Notes under the pieces: generated by a model
Told to the model about the DNA's origin: nothing
Database searches by the model: none
Seen by the model: the letters and a program-made list of their open reading frames with translations, nothing else
DNA from: a virus
Strand: one strand, 5' to 3'
Length of the DNA stretch: 64,000 nt
IMG/VR virus record: IMGVR_UViG_3300045995_000108
Coordinates: 32,001-96,000 of that record
Made by a program: the position numbers and the translations under genes
In this document: positions 60,570-64,000 of the stretch, one piece after another
Position numbering within the stretch: position 1 is the stretch's first letter
Layout: every line of letters starts with the position of its first letter

Positions 60570-60595
60570 GTTACAATACAACATAGGTAATCACA

Positions 60596-60997
60596 GTGAC
60601 TCGCATAAACTCTAATCTTGACCCAAAATCTCTCAAGCGTATGCATTTGGTTGCAGAGCTGCGAGAGATCACAATGGTCCCGGCTGCACTACGCCGTTCT
60701 TTGCGCACTATACAACCGCAAACCATCAAACAGAGTATTCCCAAGCAGTTTACTTTGAACGCAGGCCACGTTAAATTCTTTTACGATAAACTTGGATTCT
60801 TGCAAAAACGGTTCAACCGTTTAGCAGATGAAATGGTGCGCAGAGGTTATTCCCCTGATCGCAGTCGCATCAAAGCATTTGACGGATTTGACAGAATGTG
60901 GTATAATGATTGGGATAGCACAGACACTGATGACAAAATTGTTGTAGAACGCATTAACTTCCGTATCTCACAAAAACCACATTTATACAAGGATTAA
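60596..60997 (+). CDS. denV: pyrimidine-dimer DNA glycosylase (endonuclease V)
   Basis: MTRIN, HLVAELRE, FTLNAGHVKFFYDKL..L.KR...L..EM..RGY. Confidence 0.92.
   Translation: MTRINSNLDPKSLKRMHLVAELREITMVPAALRRSLRTIQPQTIKQSIPKQFTLNAGHVKFFYDKLGFLQKRFNRLADEMVRRGYSPDRSRIKAFDGFDRMWYNDWDSTDTDDKIVVERINFRISQKPHLYKD
60879..60907 (+). promoter_or_regulatory. near-consensus sigma70 promoter inside denV, facing queD
   Basis: TTGACG-17-TATAAT with extended -10 TG. Confidence 0.6.
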
Positions 60998-60998
60998 C

Positions 60999-61496
60999 AT
61001 GACACCCGTTTCTTACAAATTCACTTCCACAAAAGAATACATTGACGCTTTCCCATGTGCATATCGCCAATGGCGATCTGACTCGCACTGCAACCTGATT
61101 CACGGCTACTCGTTTAGCATGAAGTTCTACTTTGGCACAAACGACCTCGACGCACGTAACTGGGCAGCTGACTACGGTGGACTAAAAGAGCTTAAGAAGA
61201 TTTTGGAATCGCAATTTGACCATACTCTCATCGTGGCGCAAGATGATCCAGATATGGAAACATTCAAGTTGCTGCAAGACAAAGGCATGGCTAAGATTGT
61301 TGTGCTGCCTGCACTTGGTTGTGAAGCACTTGCTGACATGCTGTACAAGTATGTGAACGGTGTTTACATTCCGGAAATGTGGGGAGAAGGTGAAGCAAAG
61401 CGTCTTTGGTGCTACAAAGTGGAAGTTCGCGAGACACAAGCTAATATGGCTTATCGTGAGGGTCACCGTGAGTGGAACGAGGACTTGCTTGCATAA
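60999..61496 (+). CDS. queD: 6-carboxytetrahydropterin synthase
   Basis: CNLIHGYS, DYGGLK, FDHT, GCE, VRET. Confidence 0.9.
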   Translation: MTPVSYKFTSTKEYIDAFPCAYRQWRSDSHCNLIHGYSFSMKFYFGTNDLDARNWAADYGGLKELKKILESQFDHTLIVAQDDPDMETFKLLQDKGMAKIVVLPALGCEALADMLYKYVNGVYIPEMWGEGEAKRLWCYKVEVRETQANMAYREGHREWNEDLLA

Positions 61497-62329
61497 TGGA
61501 TCTTAGTACAGAAGAAATGGAAAGAATTCTCACTCCTAAAGAGGAGGAGCAGACTTTCCTTATTTTGCAAAACAAATGTCCACACAATGGCGGATGGCGC
61601 CATGATGGGCACGGACATAACGATGACGCATACGTTTGCCTTAAATGTGGCGAAACTAAATGGTGGTAAAATGGACATACAAGAATTGTTAGATCAAGAA
61701 GCCACACTGAGTAACACAGGCAAAGGCAAAAGTAATGAGCGTATGGAAATACATACGCTCATTAGGCTGCAACGTTTCCAGCCTGCGCCTATGTGCTTTG
61801 GTCACGATGATTGTGGCACTGATAGGCTATCTATGTGCCCGTGGAGAATGGATTGCGGAACATGAAAACATTTTGCAAAATAGTAACACCTATTCTTGTG
61901 GTGATAGCTGCGATTGCATCAGCTTATGCCATGGTGGTATATGGTGTCAATGACAACAACCTACCACCAAAGTTATGAAACGGTATACATTTGAATTGAC
62001 AGTTACAGAAGGTAACAGCGAGTTTTGGGAAGAGATTCTCGAAAAAGGTAACACAGGCTGCGATGACTTGCTTGAGCAGTTGAAAGACGCTTTAGCAGAA
62101 CACGGATTTGAGCCCGAGGTTAAACTTGTGAAGTACGAGGACAAATAATGAAATACAAACTGGCTTTTGTTAAAGAGTGTAAAGAGTATCGACATGACTT
62201 TTGGTACAAAGATGAACTGAAAGAGTTGATGGCGAGACACGGCATGAACGAGTTATACGAATCAAAAATAAAACCAGTTCGTAATAACAGGTGGAATCCT
62301 AACGAAATATTTGAAGCATTGGAACAAGA

Positions 62330-62557
62330 ATGAACGAACGAATTAAAGAACTTGCTGATCAGGCTTGGCAATATGCCGACAAATACAGCCACGATGGTGA
62401 TGGCAGACACGGCCACTTGTATCGTAATAAGTTCGCCGAGTTGATTGTTCAGGAATGTTGCAGCATTGTCTTGAATACTGAAATCGAGACAAATAATAAT
62501 GCAATGCTTCGTGGCGAAATTGCATCTAGGCTTGTGAAATTTATTAAGGAGAATTAA
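62330..62557 (+). CDS. hypothetical phage protein
   Basis: MNERIKELA...KFAELIVQEC. Confidence 0.6.
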   Translation: MNERIKELADQAWQYADKYSHDGDGRHGHLYRNKFAELIVQECCSIVLNTEIETNNNAMLRGEIASRLVKFIKEN

Positions 62558-62558
62558 A

Positions 62559-63440
62559 ATTTTTGGAACTAATGAAATTATCGGCAAGAAATTTTTCCGG
62601 GACGCACCAGCAAACAGCTTGTTTGTGACAAGTATGTTCTTCACGTTGCAAGGTGAAGGTCCATACGCTGGTATGCCTGCGTTATTCATCCGTCTTGCAA
62701 AGTGCAACCTTGATTGCAGCTTCTGTGACACATTCTTTGACGATGGCGATTGGATGACGTTTGACGAGATCGACGAGAAAGTGATTGAAACCATTTCCCG
62801 TTACTGGACTGATAAAAACGAAGAAGTGCCAGACTGGGCAATTAGCCACAAAACATTCGGCCCAGTACATCCTGGTGTTGTGCTTGTTATGACTGGTGGT
62901 GAACCATTACTCCAAGAAAACATCTCCCTGTTTATGACTGGTATGTTGCCAATCTTCAAAGCTGTGCAAGTCGAAAGCAACGGCATTCCTGACACCGTAG
63001 TACCAGCTGGCGTTACGCTGGTCTGTTCACCCAAGTGTATGGAAAAGAACGGTGTTGCTACTAAGTATTTCTCGCCATCCAAAACTATTTTGGACCGTGC
63101 AGACTGTCTCAAGTTTGTAATGAGCGCAGATGAAGGCAGTCCTTACCACAGTGTACCAGAATGGGCACACGAGTGGAAAGAACGGACCGGCAAAGATATC
63201 TATTGCAGCCCGATGAACATTTACAATTCTTTCCCGCAGCAAATCAAATTGCTACGAGCAGAGAAGGGTGTTATTACGATGGCAGAGCGTTCCACAGTTG
63301 ACGAGGTCATCTCGTGGTGGGAACCGGGATTGCTTGACATGGCAAAGAACGAAGCGAACCATCGTTATGTTGGGCAATACTGTATGCAGCATGGATTCAA
63401 GATGCAGATGCAGATGCACTTGTTTGCGAGTTTAGCATAA
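62559..63440 (+). CDS. queE: 7-carboxy-7-deazaguanine synthase (radical SAM), probable ATT start
   Basis: FFTLQGEG, FIRLAKCNLDCSFCDT, TGGEP, ESNG, CSPK, QMH; SD AGGAG 7 nt before in-frame ATT. Confidence 0.92.
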   Translation: MFGTNEIIGKKFFRDAPANSLFVTSMFFTLQGEGPYAGMPALFIRLAKCNLDCSFCDTFFDDGDWMTFDEIDEKVIETISRYWTDKNEEVPDWAISHKTFGPVHPGVVLVMTGGEPLLQENISLFMTGMLPIFKAVQVESNGIPDTVVPAGVTLVCSPKCMEKNGVATKYFSPSKTILDRADCLKFVMSADEGSPYHSVPEWAHEWKERTGKDIYCSPMNIYNSFPQQIKLLRAEKGVITMAERSTVDEVISWWEPGLLDMAKNEANHRYVGQYCMQHGFKMQMQMHLFASLA

Positions 63441-63561
63441 TGCAACTTACTGCCATCCCATTAGATAAAGACAACAGAATGCTACGTATTGGCTTTGGTA
63501 AAAACAACGGCAGTTGGTTTGCTAGAGTCGATCTGTGGTGCATCGGATTTAGGATTACAAA

Positions 63562-63792
63562 ATGACACCAGGACAAATATTCAACAAGCGTGTAAGCATT
63601 CAGGTAAAGATCTCAACTTGGCAAGCAAAGATGAAAGAGTTGCAAGATCAGTGCAAGCACGTGAAGGCTGAGCATGTAAACAAAGCATCAACTGGCAACT
63701 ACGATCCGTCAGCTGATTCGTATTGGACTGATCACAAGTGTCCCTCATGTGGTAAGGTTTGGCAAACGGATCAAAAGTGGGATCGCAAATGA
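63562..63792 (+). CDS. small Zn-ribbon-like protein
   Basis: CKH...STGNYDP...CPSCGKVW. Confidence 0.55.
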   Translation: MTPGQIFNKRVSIQVKISTWQAKMKELQDQCKHVKAEHVNKASTGNYDPSADSYWTDHKCPSCGKVWQTDQKWDRK

Positions 63793-64000
63793 ATCATAAC
63801 ATCGGGGTAACAGGCAAAACAACTATGGGAACAGGCGCTTATTACGCTCCGTATCAGCCACTGCTGAACTTAGATAAAAACATCATGTTCTACAATAAAG
63901 CAGTTTGGAAGTTGTCATTTGCATTTTTGCCTCGTCGTTGTGCAATAAGTAATAAGCGTATATGGCTAAAGTACGGTTACGAAGGTATAGCAACCACTTA

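Noticed and set aside
1-64000. Stop-codon reassignment, as in some large phages
   Set aside because: Known genes are full length in the standard code, and TAA, TGA and TAG all end genes at sensible boundaries.

Overview
A 64 kb fragment of a large lytic dsDNA tailed phage (T4-like/jumbo myovirus type). It uses the standard genetic code, is densely coded and is almost entirely on the + strand. The lysis cassette with spanins indicates a Gram-negative host; TctA/TctC and ErpA hint at a proteobacterium. Left to right: infA and erpA; baseplate/tail-fibre genes; MazG; a stand-alone DnaE fragment; GroES; clamp loader; an accessory region of short genes behind sigma70-type promoters (RNA ligase, PNK-like kinase, phosphatases, SBP-LysM); phoH; a tctA-tctC locus; lysis genes; dnaJ-clpA; a cluster of apparent capsid-packaged polyproteins including a kinase; speD-like; family-B DNA polymerase and a probable clamp; and a 7-deazaguanine DNA-modification region (dpdA-like, folE, queD, QueD-like, queE) interleaved with sugar-nucleotide genes. 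The strongest candidates for something new are: (1) possible glycosylated deazaguanine modification, with a preQ1-I-like pseudoknot RNA in the locus; (2) AUU start codons on polB and queE plus leaderless mRNAs in a phage carrying its own IF-1; (3) capsid-targeted, protease-site-punctuated cargo proteins. All calls come from motif recognition by eye; no searches were run.
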